A stretch of DNA of 64,000 nt, taken from Mytilus edulis. Taxonomy: Eukaryota. Positions 37,190 to 50,427 of the stretch are shown here, piece after piece (the stretch's first letter is position 1; each line of letters begins with the position of its first letter). Location: positions 13,764,001-13,828,000 of the forward strand of contig NC_092348.1 of NCBI RefSeq assembly GCF_963676685.1, written 5' to 3'. A model generated the notes under the pieces. That model ran no database searches. It worked only from the letters and a program-made list of their open reading frames with translations, and was not told the origin of the DNA. A program made the translations under genes and the position numbers.

Positions 37190-38150
37190 CCACGACAGAC
37201 CACCGTTTCGAAGACGAGTTTCCACAACTCTATAAGTTCTTAATAGAGAAGCTGCATTTCCTAGTTTGCCTGTACCAGTACCGCCGACAGCAACCCAGCA
37301 AAGAGCGTCACAGCCACGTGCACAAATAAGTGACAGCACATTTCAACTGTTTACGTCGTACTTCGATTCTACAATATCTGCTCTGAAGAACGAGTTGAAA
37401 AAGGAAACGTCGGTGCAACTAAAGAGTGAAGCCGAATCCAATTTACTTTCAATTCCGAAGTCCTTGCTGGTCTACATAAGTGCTGATTTGTTTTAATGCA
37501 TATTTCTATTATGTCATTGTATAATGTTCAATCAGTATGTGACACAATAATAAAATAAAATAAGACTACGCTAAGCTATACGCAGAGCACTCACAACCAT
37601 CAAGAAGAAGAAGAGTCGTACTAAACCTTACGCTAAGCTACTGTTTCCAGACTTCCTACTAATAGTCTAGATTGCCTCATCAACAGAACAACCAGTCGCC
37701 CTTTCGGCAATGTGTTAGGAATGCCACCAATGTGGACACTGTAGGACAAAAGTCCCAATAGAAGCAGCAAGCAATTTACATCAAGTAACAACCAAGCAAC
37801 ATAAGATAAAAGATAAGTATCTTAATTTAGTAGATGAATATTTGTTGCATGGGCACATGAATATACTTTTTGAAGATGTTTTAAAAGTATTTTGGTAAAT
37901 TTGATTTTTTTAAATTTGCCAAAGGCGTCAAAAGTAGTTTATCTAAAAATGTAGTTTTTTGGGAGAACATTGGAGCAAGCAAATTTATAATTTAAAATAA
38001 TATAAAATCAGGTTATATGATTCCTTTTGTGAGTTAGCCACCCCCTATGAAATTCCACAATAATACATCTGCAGTTGATAAAACTGATTTTGTAAACGGA
38101 GCTTGTCTCTAACTTTCGAAAAACGGATGCGTACACGAAGTACCATCCCA
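37190..38150 (+). mobile_element. Ngaro/DIRS-like gag-RT remnant (paralog of 3350-4510)
   Basis: Degenerate knuckle at ~37713-37755 and IKSGYMIPFVS / LSKNGCVHEVP motifs. Confidence 0.65.
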
Positions 38151-39846
38151 GTATTCAGACAGTATCAACTGTTCAGGGTTTGCTCAATAAAGCATTTAAT
38201 TATAGTATAGAATTAAGATGGGCAAAAACAGTTCAATTGATGCATATGTTTTGTGATGGAGATAGGAGTTTCATAAGGGCAAATTATAGTCGCAGGAAAA
38301 ATGGGGCACTTATATCGCCGACTTGGGTGAAGATTAAGTCACCATACACCACAAAGACTAAGTGTGGGCTATTTTCTGCATCAACTGAGTCGTCCAATTT
38401 TAAGATACTCTATTATATTAATTTGCAAGTATACAAATTGTAAACTAAGTTTACAATTGTGTTCCAATAAATATGAACAATATATTTGACTGAAATATTT
38501 GCATCAACGGAGCTTTATTTTGATATTAACTTACACACCAAAATGCGGCTTTCAAGCCATAATGAAATCTATTTATTTGAAATACTAAAGTAACTTTACT
38601 TTATTTGAAACATTTTAAACATGGCTAAAAGAATAAATAAAGTTACAAGTACCTGCAGCGGTGACTTTAGTCTTCCGCCCTCCTGGGTGTAATATTGACA
38701 AGTGACTAACTCGAAAAGTGTTATATTAGTACATGTGTATATATATATGGGTAATATTGCCGCGCTTTGAGTTCATGCATAACTCATGCCATTTGAATAT
38801 AATACATATCATTTAAATAATAATAAAGACTCGCTTTATCTTTCTATTGTACTAATTTAAATATTCAGTACGTAAAGCCAAACATAGCGTACAAAGCTAG
38901 TTTGTTTCAAAATACGCAGCGAAAAAATACTAGTCATCAATCGTCAAGAAACATGTGTATGAAATATGAATATGATATGAATGTGAAACATATAAAACTG
39001 AAAACACAAATAACACAATATGGTAAATAATGAAACAAAATAGATCCATATATCCGGTGCCACACACCCACTCCTGCAAAAAGTTTCGTCTCGAAACTAT
39101 CTCTAAACCAATATATCAAACCTATGACAGTTTTGAAATTTGGGCAATCTAGATGTGCATGCGGCAAACGCCTCTATACCATATAGCAATGACCAAAATT
39201 CAGGACACTTCAATAGGATTCACAAACAAATAACAACAACAAAAGATATCAAATAGTCAAATAAAATTAACAAAAATATCCCACATTACTATAAATTGTC
39301 GTTGACAAACGATCAATCTAAATTCTTGCTGATGTACCTCATCCACTAATCTGTTGTACAAATATCTAAATTTCCCACTCATACATATAAATATACATCA
39401 TTTAAATAATAATAAAGAATTAGGTCCAGTCCATATGCATACTTTTTTAAAATACGCATATGGTCTGAATGTACACTTACGGTCTGCCAGATTACAAGAC
39501 GTTGGTCAAGTTTATTCGATACCTTGAAATGTATATCACAGATCAACATAAGTTAAATTGTAATTGAAATAAAAACTTAATGTTTTAACTTTTAACTATT
39601 TAAAAGTTAATCTCCTGTACAATATATCACGGAAGAAACTGGACATAAATTATATAAATATATAAGTGCCCCCCCCCCCCCCCTTTCAAGAAAAGTTCTG
39701 GATCTGCCACTGAATGATGTATGAAAGCTTCTAATTCCCCTAGGTAAATCCGGCATAAATCCAATTCAAAAAGTCAAAAGGTGATTTTTTTACTGAAGTT
39801 ATCCATTTATCTTCCTTAGAAGTTACAGACTAACTCTATTTTAAAG

Positions 39847-40071
39847 TTACATAAGACTTCTTACAGCAACAGGTAGCAGGATCGTTCCATAGCCCGTTGG
39901 CAGCATGACCGTGATGATAACCATACAATTGTTGTGCCCCAAAATACTTTGTGTTTGCTCACAATTTAGCCCTTGAACTTTGTGCTGATTCAAAATTTCT
40001 GTTAATGCGTTTTCGAAATCGTCTTCCCATCCTGCGTCGCCATCTTTAAAACATTCTGAGGCCGTTTTCAT
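39847..40071 (-). pseudogene. RecQ-like helicase motif I fragment
   Basis: LNCEQTQSI...VMLPTGYG resembles the Q motif plus the LPTGxGKS Walker A. Frameshifted after TGYG. Confidence 0.5.
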
Positions 40072-40211
40072 TAGGACGGTTTTGATTGGTCAATATAAAT
40101 ACTTTCTGCGGTCAAATATTACGTAATGAAAGGTCACAAAAGTGAAAGAGACAAGGGTAGTTGTTAGATCTCAAATGTAGTATAACGTAATAAGATCAGT
40201 ATTTTATTAGA

Positions 40212-40505
40212 TTGGCACATTCTGTGTCACTGAACAAAGAAACAACACCAGGAAACACAAAAAAAGAAAGAAAGAAGACAAGAAAAGCTGCTTATAAGGC
40301 TGCAAGAACGGAAGGAAACAAAACTTCTAGTGATTCTTCTGAACAACAGGCATCAAAATCAGCAGAAGCAAATACAAATTCTTCATCAACTCAACCTGAC
40401 ATTTCGAAATTTTTAACCCCCAACAATAAAACAAAAGCAGCCAAGGAAAGAACCCCACCTACTCCCAATCAACCAGATGGGAAAAGACAATCAGTACATC
40501 TATAA
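40212..40505 (+). pseudogene. Probable Tx1/L1 ORF1 C-terminal fragment
   Basis: Basic, low-complexity tail ending DISKFLTP...ERTPPTP, followed by a long AT-rich spacer. Confidence 0.4.
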
Positions 40506-42009
40506 ATTATAGAACATGTATGTTTATTTGTCTTGTCTATTGTATTTATGTTTGTGTGTATCATGTATTTATATAAAGATAATTGAATGGAATAAAGATT
40601 CAAAAACAAATGTTACAAGAGTAGATATGAAAAAAAGAAAAGTAAAACTTTTCAAACATTGTATTATAACATATATCGTCATGTTAATGTTACTATTGAC
40701 AAGTATCTTTGATAATACCAAAAACAAAAAATGATAGAGATAAATCAATTATATTAGAAAAGTTAAACTGTATGAGTTCTATTTAAAACCTTTCAGGATT
40801 ACAACTTCTATCTATAGTAGATGTATTCGAAAATATCAAATCAAAAGAAAAGATTTACCTACCATAACATCTCTTCACACCATAAATCATATAAAGTAAA
40901 TGACAATAGAAAAAAGAAAAATATTATGAAAAAAATAAATAAACACTGTCAAAATGTTACGAAAAACAAAACATAAAAAACAAGCAGTACTTTACTAGAG
41001 TTTCATAGATTTGAAATTTTTTCACATTACTTAGTGAGAAAACTAGAGACAGATTATTATTTTTCTCAGTCAAAACCATACATTTGTTTTAGTTTGTAAA
41101 CAGCAAAAAATGTGTCATTTTGTAATTTCAGTTATAGTTCTGTATACAATGTATGTTATATATTTCAAGTATGTAGTAATTGTGTATGAGTATGTATTAT
41201 ATGTTGTTTCAAAATTAACATCTCGATATCGGTCAAAATACAATCGTGATACAGACTATAACAATATTGTTATAATCCAATTACAAAAAAAGAAAATTGT
41301 TTAACGTAATTATTTTCACAGGTAACACCCACGTTAAAAAAATACAATTAAAAGTAGGAGAAATAAAGTTTACTTTAAAAATGCTACCCAAACGTAAAGT
41401 ACGCTCACTAATTAAGCGTAATATAAAAATCGAATATCCAATCAAAAGTGTCAAATTGAGACACTATTTTTCATAGTATATGGTTAAACCATGTTCTATA
41501 TTTCGTCACGCACAATTAACTTTGTATTGTACACAACTATCTATTCAATGATCAATAGGTAATTACAAGCAAGCAAGTCAAATTCTGTTACTACTTTAAA
41601 AATATGTCCATGCAATTATTTCACCCTTAAGCCATTCAAACAATTAAAATTCACAAACAGAAACAACATTTATTTATCTATATACGCTTCTGTTTTTAAT
41701 TTTAAATGAATACAATTACTTTTCATTTACAACCTGAAATCATTTATTCCATTAAAATTTTAATGAAACAATCTATTAAAATTTGACTTTCTCACAAAAA
41801 AGATTAAGGTGATGCCTAAAAATCATACATAATAGCAAGGAATCTTCAATGAGTCGATCTATAAATTTTAAATATACGATAATAATAATAATAATATTAC
41901 TTCAATCATCTATTTATTGATAAGAGGATTTTCAATAAAGAACATGAGTCTCACAAACACATAGTTTTAAAGATTAAAAATACACAATTTGAAAAACGTT
42001 AAATGTGGT

Positions 42010-44050
42010 TTACATGTCAAATGACATAACTTTGACATCGAAAGAGACCACTTTCAAACGCTCTACGCTCTTGGGTACATGAATGATCAATTCGTTTTCA
42101 TCATTGTAGAACTGCACTTTTTGGTCCGTCTGGCGCAAACAAAATACATTGCTAATTGTAGGTATATTTTCCGTGTCATCAGATACAGCTGGAAGAGGGG
42201 GTTGTAATGCGTCACTTATATTTCTGCTCATTTCTATGCTCCGTCTTTTGTATGTCTAAACCGCGTTACTACGATGACCACTGCGTGATTTGACAGCCGA
42301 TTCATCAACACCACTATATTATAGGGTTGTTACACATGAAACCTTTCCGGAATGGTTTGAAATATAACGGTTTGAACAATCTATTCCTGCTTTATCAAAC
42401 ATAAGTTTCATGTAAGTAGACAGTTTATTCACGCCAAAGACTTGTGCAGAAAATTTATTTCCCTCGTTTTTCAAACTAATTTTCCCGATTGGCCTTCTGT
42501 AAAAGGCCCCTTCACTCGAAATATATTTCAAATATGTGCTGAACAGTTTAACAATGTATCTTGGGTTTGAAGTATCTTCCCAATGAGTATTTTGTGTCGG
42601 TTCAATTTTGCGGTGATTGATTCCCCCTTGTACATATTTGGATACCCTACCGAAAAACTTCAAACAGCGTTTGTTTTGCGTATAATCAATAAAGATTTTA
42701 TATTGTGAGGCATCTAAATCTCGGTGTTCGTCAATTTCACGGAAACCGAAGAGTTTACAATTGTAATAAAACACTGCAAAACTTAGGCCCTCAGATGTCG
42801 TCATGCTAAAAATGCCTTTCTCCCATAAGATCCTTTCGTCATCAATAGATACGGGATCTGCCCTCTTATGAATTCCTACCAAAAGTTTTAAAAAAATCTG
42901 ATAAAAAAAGAAAACTGAATTTGAAATACTTTTGTAGAAAAGGGGGGTGTATTAAGGTTTCTTCAAATACCATTGAATATTTGAAGTAATATTTAATTGC
43001 AAAAGTACTTTTTATCTGAAACATTTGACTTTTCCTCCTTGAGCAAACACATATACTAAAAATGTTATGACAGACGGACCAACGGACGACAAACATGACG
43101 GACGACGAACAGTGACAATTATCATATGAAAAAGGATAAAGAGTATATTTACACAATAGAAATAAGATAAAACAATGGGATATTAAACAAATACAGTTTT
43201 GATAATTTTAAGAAAAATGAAAAACAAATCATAAATAAATCAATGAATTCGGCACACATCAAGTGTACATTGTTACTTGGATGGAGAGTTGTCTAATTGT
43301 CAGTCATACCACATCTTCCTATATCTATTAGAGTAAATGTTTTTGAAAAACTATAATTACGATGATGTATAAGACAAGCATGCATTCTCAACAAGATAGT
43401 ATGTCACTGCTTTTTCTTGTCAATTTTGTTTTAAAAATTGGATCGCATTTTGAATGTGCATGTAATACTTTTCACTGGATGTTTGGCAACATCAATTTTT
43501 TTTTATGCCAAAGCGTAGAATAGGTGTTTAATTTTTATATTTATAATATAATTTTAAAAAACCATATGACTTACCAATACCATCATGGGTTAATTCTTTC
43601 ATTCTTGCATCTAATGCCTTCTAAAACGTCGAAAACGTGGAGGTATTTTTTTGCAAAAAAAATATTTCAGAACGACCATCATCTCTTAGGTAACGCTGTA
43701 GTCCATTTGTCAAGTTAATGAGTGTATTATGTGGATATGGGGACCCATCCTCGCGCCTGCATTCCATTACAAATCTAGACATCCAGAAGTCCATCTGCTG
43801 TAAATCTGCAGATTTCATTTCAACCGGAACACATGTATAATGTTCAGTAGCGGTTATAGGGTTACAGTTTCTGTTTTCAGCCCATGTTTTCCAAACATTT
43901 ACACTCCAGTTAGTAGAACTTTTAGTTTTTGCTGGTATTCTGTCACTTATGCGCTTTTCAAACTCTGTGGTTGAAACTGGATTTGAAAATCTATTCTTAT
44001 TGTCACTAAAAACCAACTGTTGAGTTTGAATTATATCCAAATCTTCTAAT
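42010..44050 (-). pseudogene. Crypton-type tyrosine recombinase (DUF3504 / ZMYM-QRICH1-like), two exons, decayed
   Basis: Exon 1 (~44040-43575): IPAKTKSSTNWSVNVW...FVMECRREDGSPYP...GLQRYL. Phase-1 intron from GT at 43574 to AG at 42877-76. Exon 2: GFR, NHSGK, SGHRS and TYKR motifs. Confidence 0.88.
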
Positions 44051-44289
44051 TCCCATTCCGTATCGTGTTTTGAAATTATTTGAAAATCTGAAAATCAGGC
44101 AGATCCATACTTTCTGACTTAGCCACTTTCACCTGTTTACAACTCGCATATCAAACTGTGTTTAAACACACAAACATTTTTGTGATTACAAGTTACCACC
44201 ATTTGTGTTCTCTTTATTTTACTAGCATTGTTTAGTTGGATTAATATTGTTCACTCAATTCTTTACCATAGCTTAATTATAATGCTTTT

Positions 44290-44530
44290 GTTAAATCATT
44301 TAGATGATTGCAAAGAAATGATAGACTGAAAACTTTGATTGTTTTTAATCATTTAGATGATTGCAAAGAAAGGATAGCTGGATTACGTTGATTGAATTTA
44401 ATCCTTTAAATGATAGCTTGAATACTATGATTTTTTTTAATCATTTAAATGATAGTTTGATTAATATGATTGATTTTAATCACTTCAATGCTTTCTTAAT
44501 TAGTATGAGTGTTTTAATCCTTTAAACAAT
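44290..44530. repeat. Degenerate AT-rich minisatellite
   Basis: Recurrent tttaatcatttagatgat / tttaatcctttaaatgatagc motifs. Confidence 0.6.
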
Positions 44531-44745
44531 TTCTAATGTACTATGATTCTTTTTAGTTATTTTATTGATTGCATCTTCAATTACCAGCTGGATATCAGTG
44601 TACGAAACTATTTTTCAGTCTTATATTCACTTTTTGAAAGAACAATGTTCTCTCTTTTAAGGGAATGTCTGAATGAATTGCACAATTATTATTCTAAAAT
44701 GTTCATACATTATTTGTTTATTTTCATAAAATAATGCTACATTAA

Positions 44746-47700
44746 CACTGTGTCTAAACCACACCGGCAAAATTTGCTCGGACTCGATAGTATCTAACAT
44801 CCGGCACAATGACGGAACACCAATAGACAAAAGAAAGGTAGGTTTCTCCTTATTTTTTTATTTTTTTTATGATATCGAAGAATATATATACATATACAAC
44901 TATTTTCTATTGTGAGATGCAATATTTTCTACAACCGTTCTATATTAACGGAGAAATAATTTATTAATTATGCGTTACCTTTTTTTCTATGTTTAGCTTT
45001 TCTTTTACTATACTGAATACTGTATTCCTTTATTTCCAATTTGAGGGAGTCCCACAGAAGTGTAGGATCTATTTCATTTTTTCCTATCCCATTACTATGT
45101 TTTTTGTATAATTTTATTTATATTGCCTTCGTATTCTTGCTCGTTGAGAATACCGTTGTTAATATTCCATTACCCCGGGCCTCTTGTTTCAGATGATACA
45201 GATTGTAACTGTATTGATACTGCTTGGTGGTCAGTACTTTTAAAAAGAATAGGCCTAATATCACATGACTTTACGTTTAACACGAAATCTTTTTTAACTT
45301 GGAACTTCTTCTATCAATATAAGCTTAATGTCATTAGTGTAAACGCTTAAGGCCAGTCACTCATTTACAAAATGTATTAATCACTGTGTCTAAACCACAC
45401 CGGCAAAATTTGCTCGGACTCGATGGTATCTAACATCCGGCACAATGACGGAACACCAATAGACAAAAGAAAGGTAGGTTTCTCCTTATTTTTTTTATGA
45501 TATCGAAGAATATATATACATATAAAACTATTTTCTATTGTGATATGCAATATTTTCTACAACCGTTCTATATTAACGGAGAAATAAGTCAAAATGCATG
45601 TCAAAATGACGAATTGAGTGAACCTTGCCTCAAAATTGTTTAATTTCTCGTTAAATTGTTCACATTGTACGAAAAGAAAGGTACGGGAAGATAGATATTG
45701 ACACGGAGATTGCAAATTTAGTTATTATGAGCATCTCAATAATTGTATTTTTGTGTATGGAACGAAAGAAAAGGGTCATGTCAAATTAAAATAAACCGGT
45801 TTCGTCAATGTTGTTACTACACAATCACCCGGTTTCGTCTATATATATCACCCGGTTTTGTTTTTTTTTGGTTTTTTTTAACAAACAATTTATGAAAAGA
45901 AACTTTGGCACGGATCTGAACATTGTCTTTCGAGAATTTAAAAATATATTTATTGTAAAGTAAACTTGGCGTGTTAAAATCTATTTTAAACGGGCACTTT
46001 TGGACATAGTTAATTATGATAATACACATTTTCCTAATGAAACTTCAAACTAATTTTAAATGGAATACAAATACCGAATAGCAAACACTGGTATATTTTC
46101 TTTGTTTATAATAGTAGTATGTAAAGATGAAAAATAAAAGGATGTGTTTTGATTGTGCCATAATTTTAATTTACTATACTATACTGTTCTGCACAAATTA
46201 ATCATGCATGCAGTCCTGCCAGATTTTCTGGTACTATATATACTGTGTTACTTGCGCACTAAAGCGAGTTTTCACACTTAAGCATCCATAACATAACAGT
46301 GAGATTTGTAACTTTCTCCCCGTTTCTGGTAGGCACATTTATTTTCATAGGCATGTTTTTCACATTATTTTTACAGTTCAAATTCATTTTTTGTACAGTT
46401 CAAATTCAATTGAAACTTCAAGATAACTTTCGAAAACAATATCTGACATTTTTGTATTTTCAATGTGAATAAAAGTTGGTTTGCAAAACATGACCGTCAT
46501 TTATATATAGGTCTTATTAAGAAGAAGTGACGGTAACCACTTATCCCATAAACATTGACAATGAGACAACTTTCTTTTAGACACAAAAATTATGTTGAAT
46601 TAATCAAGTTTAGGTCAGCGTATGCCTTAAACAATGAGAAAAACACACAAATTGCATGAAAGCAAGCTATAACAGGGCCCTAAATTATAAATGTAAAACA
46701 ATTCAAACAAGAAAACTACCTGCCTATTTTATGTTCAAAACGCATATGGTATAAAGCAACCAAAGACAACCATGGAATTACAAGCGTGTGATTCGGGAAT
46801 GGACTGAGTCAAAGTGTTGTCGCTGACACAAACAGTACAACAAAAGTACAAATAATAAAAAATGATGAAAAAACCTTAACTCGTCCGATGACAGAGCCTG
46901 TATAGTAAATGCGCGATGTGTGCCAAAACTTGTATCATAGTTAAAATTATCCCTTAACGATTGTAGAAAAGATTACATACATAGAATGATTAGATTACTT
47001 ATAAAGGTGTCCATCCTTTTGTGCGAGAAAATGACATATCAATTGTGTGTTTCGATTTTTAAGACCGTAAACTTTAATTTCAAGTTTATACATGTTCAAT
47101 ATATTTTCCCATAACTCATATAGAACACGCATATTTAGAGAGCGTTAATCTCAATATGCTGTTAAAAAATTTCGGAATGCAACGTAAATTAAAATATTTG
47201 TGTTCTATAAGAGTAGGAATTCAAGTGTTTGCTTATTATTTATTTGAATCTGCGACTCATATAAATAATAAGCCGTTGTCAGGTGAACGAACTTGTTTTC
47301 CAACGACCCACAAAACTCCTTTTGAACGCTGAAGTTAAATAATCAATTATAATGTAATGCGATTATGATTTTTTTTATTTGACCAAACCGGGTTATGCAT
47401 TTTGAAATCTATGACGAAACCGGGTTGTATACATTGACGAAACCGGCCAGTTCCATTTTGACATGACCCATTTCCTTCGTTCCATACACAGAGATACAAT
47501 TATGGAGATGCTCATAGTAACTAAATTTGCAATTTCCGTGTCAATATCTATCTTCCCGTACCTTTCTTTCCGTACAATGTGAACAATTTAACGAGAAATT
47601 AATCAATTTCGAGGCAAGGTTCACTCAATTCGTCATTTTGACATGCATTTTGACTTATTTCTCCGTTAATATAGAACGGTTGTAGAAAATATTGCATATC

Positions 47701-47863
47701 ACAATAGAAAATAGTTTTATATGTATATATATTCTTCGATATCATAAAAAAAATAAGGAGAAACCTACCTTTCTTTTGTCTATTGGTGTTCCGTCATTGT
47801 GCCGGATGTAAGTTACTGGTATCGAGTCCGAGCAAATTTTGCCGGTGTGGTTTAGACACAGTG
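44746..47863. mobile_element. Non-autonomous DNA transposon with CACTGTG...CACAGTG ends, ~470-bp TIRs and ATTAA flanks (Transib/RAG-like or Chapaev/CMC-like)
   Basis: TIR copies at 44746-44959 (partial), 45382-~45860 and ~47400-47863. ATTAA at 44741-45 and 47864-68. Confidence 0.75.
44964..45381 (-). repeat. 418-bp inverted duplicate of 47864-48281
   Basis: ORFs 45123-45350(+) and 47895-48122(-) differ by one residue. Both segments are 418 bp. Confidence 0.95.
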
Positions 47864-48595
47864 ATTAATACATTTTGTAAATGAGTGACTGGCCTTAAGC
47901 GTTTACACTAATGACATTAAGCTTATATTGATAGAAGAAGTTCCAAGTTAAAAAAGATTTCGTGTTAAACGTAAAGTCATGTGATATTAGGCCTATTCTT
48001 TTTAAAAGTACTGACCACCAAGCAGTATCAATACAGTTACAATCTGTATCATCTGAAACAAGAGGCCCGGGGTATTGGAATATTAACAACGGTATTCTCA
48101 ACGAGCAAGAATACGAAGGCAATATAAATAAAATTATACAAAAAACATAGTAATGGGATAGGAAAAAATGAAATAGATCCTACACTTCTGTGGGACTCCC
48201 TCAAATTGGAAATAAAGGAATACAGTATTCAGTATAGTAAAAGAAAAGCTAAACATAGAAAAAAAGGTAACGCATAATTAAGAACTACAATTAAAAATAT
48301 TAAATGAAAAATCTAATAATGAAGATAATGATTCTATAAAAGAAAAAATATCCACTTTAGAGAAAGAGCAAGAAAATCAATATTAATACAAAGCAAAGGG
48401 ATTTCAAGTAAGATCAAAACAAGAGTGGGTAGAATAGGGAAAAAAATAATGCGTATTTCCTAGGTCTTGAAAAATCTAAACAAACGAAAAAGACTATACT
48501 TAAACTGAGAAACAGATCAAGATAAAATATTAAAGCTTGAAAGAAATTTTTATGCTAATCTATACGACACTAAACAGAAACCGGATATAGATGTT

Positions 48596-49039
48596 AAACA
48601 AGAATGTGTCCAAAGTACACGGATGCCCCACTCGCAGTATCCTTTTCCATGTTCCATGGACCGTGCAATTGGGTAATAATCTTATTTGGTATTAAAATTA
48701 GAAAGATTTTACTATAGGGAACATATGTACTAAGTTTCAAGTTGATTGGACTCCAATTTTATCAAAAACTACCTTGACCAAAAACTTTAACCTGACACTC
48801 CCACTTTCATTTTCTATGTTCAGTGGACCGTGAAATTGGGGTCAAAAGTCTAATTTGGAAAATTAGAAAGATCATATCATAAGCAACAAGTCTACTAAGT
48901 TTCAAGTTGACTGGACTTCAGCTTCATCAAAAACTACCTTGACCAAAAACTTTAACCTGAACGGACAGACGCACAGACGAACGGAGCCACAGACCAGAAA
49001 ACATAATGCCCCTTTACTATCGTAGGTGGGGCATAAAAA
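48596..49039 (-). mobile_element. HINE/DINE-1-like element with two ~165-bp internal repeats
   Basis: Sub-terminal inverted repeat atgccccac/gtggggcat, terminal hairpin with cttgttt end, and ACGG/ACAG microsatellite. Inserted in an A-run of the LINE (DVK|KYISE). Confidence 0.8.
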
Positions 49040-49430
49040 TACATTTCTGAAACAAAACGTAATTATAAACTATCAGAAGAAGAAAGTAAGTCTTGTGACG
49101 GAAACGTAACGCTAGAAGAATTAACCATTGCAGTCAATAACCTAAAGATAAAAAAAATGTCCTGGAATGGACGGAATAAGTATATATTATAAACTTTTAT
49201 AAAAAGTTTTGGGAACTTCTTGGACCGCTGCTTGTAAAAAATTTTAATTTTAGCTTTGAAAATAAACATCTGCCATTACGCAAAGACAAAGTTTACTGAA
49301 TCTAATCTATAAGAAAAATGATATTTTAGAACTTGCAAATTATAGACCAATATCATTATTAAATAGTGATTACAAAATACTCTCATACCCTCTAGCTTTA
49401 AGAATAAAAAATTCTTACATTTAATCATTA

Positions 49431-49796
49431 ATAATTACATTAGATGTATGTTTCATTATGATACGTTATTCTGATTGGCTAACTGCACATCACCTGTTAT
49501 TCCTTAAGCAGTTGTATCACACAATAAAACTTATCATTCATGATGACACGAGGTCCCATAATAAAGTGCACATGTAAATTAAATAAAAACTTGATGTAAA
49601 TCGTGTTTTCGTGACCCTAGCTAAAAAATGTAATTATAAGTATTAAATGCTTCTTTTTGTAACTTCATAGGGTTGTAAAAGCGTTGACCGTGCGCACATT
49701 TTTAGAATGAAGCGCTTCCGCGCTTCATACAAAATGTACTTCGGTCAACACTTTTACACCCCAATAAAGTTACAAAAAGAAGCATTCAATTCTTAA
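49431..49796 (-). mobile_element. Hairpin-type insertion without TIRs (family member 3)
   Basis: Removing it restores LINE codons LIINADQTGYIKNRF with only AT shared. Hairpin 49637-49795 with apex GCGGAAGCG (minus strand). TTAAG start and ccaatcagaa...taattat end. Confidence 0.82.
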
Positions 49797-50427
49797 ATGC
49801 TGATCAAACAGGATACATAAAGAACAGATTTCTAGGTTTTAATTTACGCCAAATACATGACGTAATAGATAACGCAGATAAGTTTTATATAGAAGGAGCA
49901 ATTTTATTCATAGATTTTTTGAAAGCTTTCGACACATTAGAATGGAATTTTTTGTATCATACTTTAGAATATTTTGGTTTTAATAAACCCTTCATAAATT
50001 GGATAAAAACCTTGTATACAAATATAAATGGTTCTATATTTAATAATGGTTGGATATCTGCTCCTTTTAGAACCCTAAGAGGTATCCGGCAGGGATGCCC
50101 GTGCTCTTTACTTTTCGTAATGTCAGTAGAAATAATGGCTAACCAACTAAGGCATAACAAAAATATAAGAGGCATAGAATTAAAAATTGATAGTAAAACA
50201 CATTGCGTAAACATCACGCAAGTTGTTGATGAAACAACTCTATTCCTAAATTCTAAAGAAGAAATTCGAACAGCATTAAATATAATCGAAATCTTTGGAA
50301 CTTTTTCTGGATTACAACTTAATAAAAATAAAACAGAAGGAATTTGGATTGTAAACTAAAGCATTGTAGAGATAAAGTAGATGAATTTAATTTCACAGAC
50401 AAACCTGTAAAAGTGCTAGGTATATAT

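Larger units (their letters stand above)
33110..38150 (+). repeat. Segmental duplication, copy B (paralog of 1340-4490) with extra insertions
   Basis: Same block order as copy A, interrupted by a retrozyme (33435-33629) and the 34801-36977 element. Confidence 0.9.

Noticed and set aside
44753-44775. Full 12-RSS (heptamer, 12-nt spacer, nonamer)
   Set aside because: The nonamer match is poor (3/9 at 12-nt spacing, 5/9 at 14), and both ends are symmetric with no 12/23 asymmetry.
45123-45350. 75-aa ORF duplicated at 47895-48122 as a real gene
   Set aside because: It is the antisense reading of a LINE endonuclease segment inside the inverted duplication.
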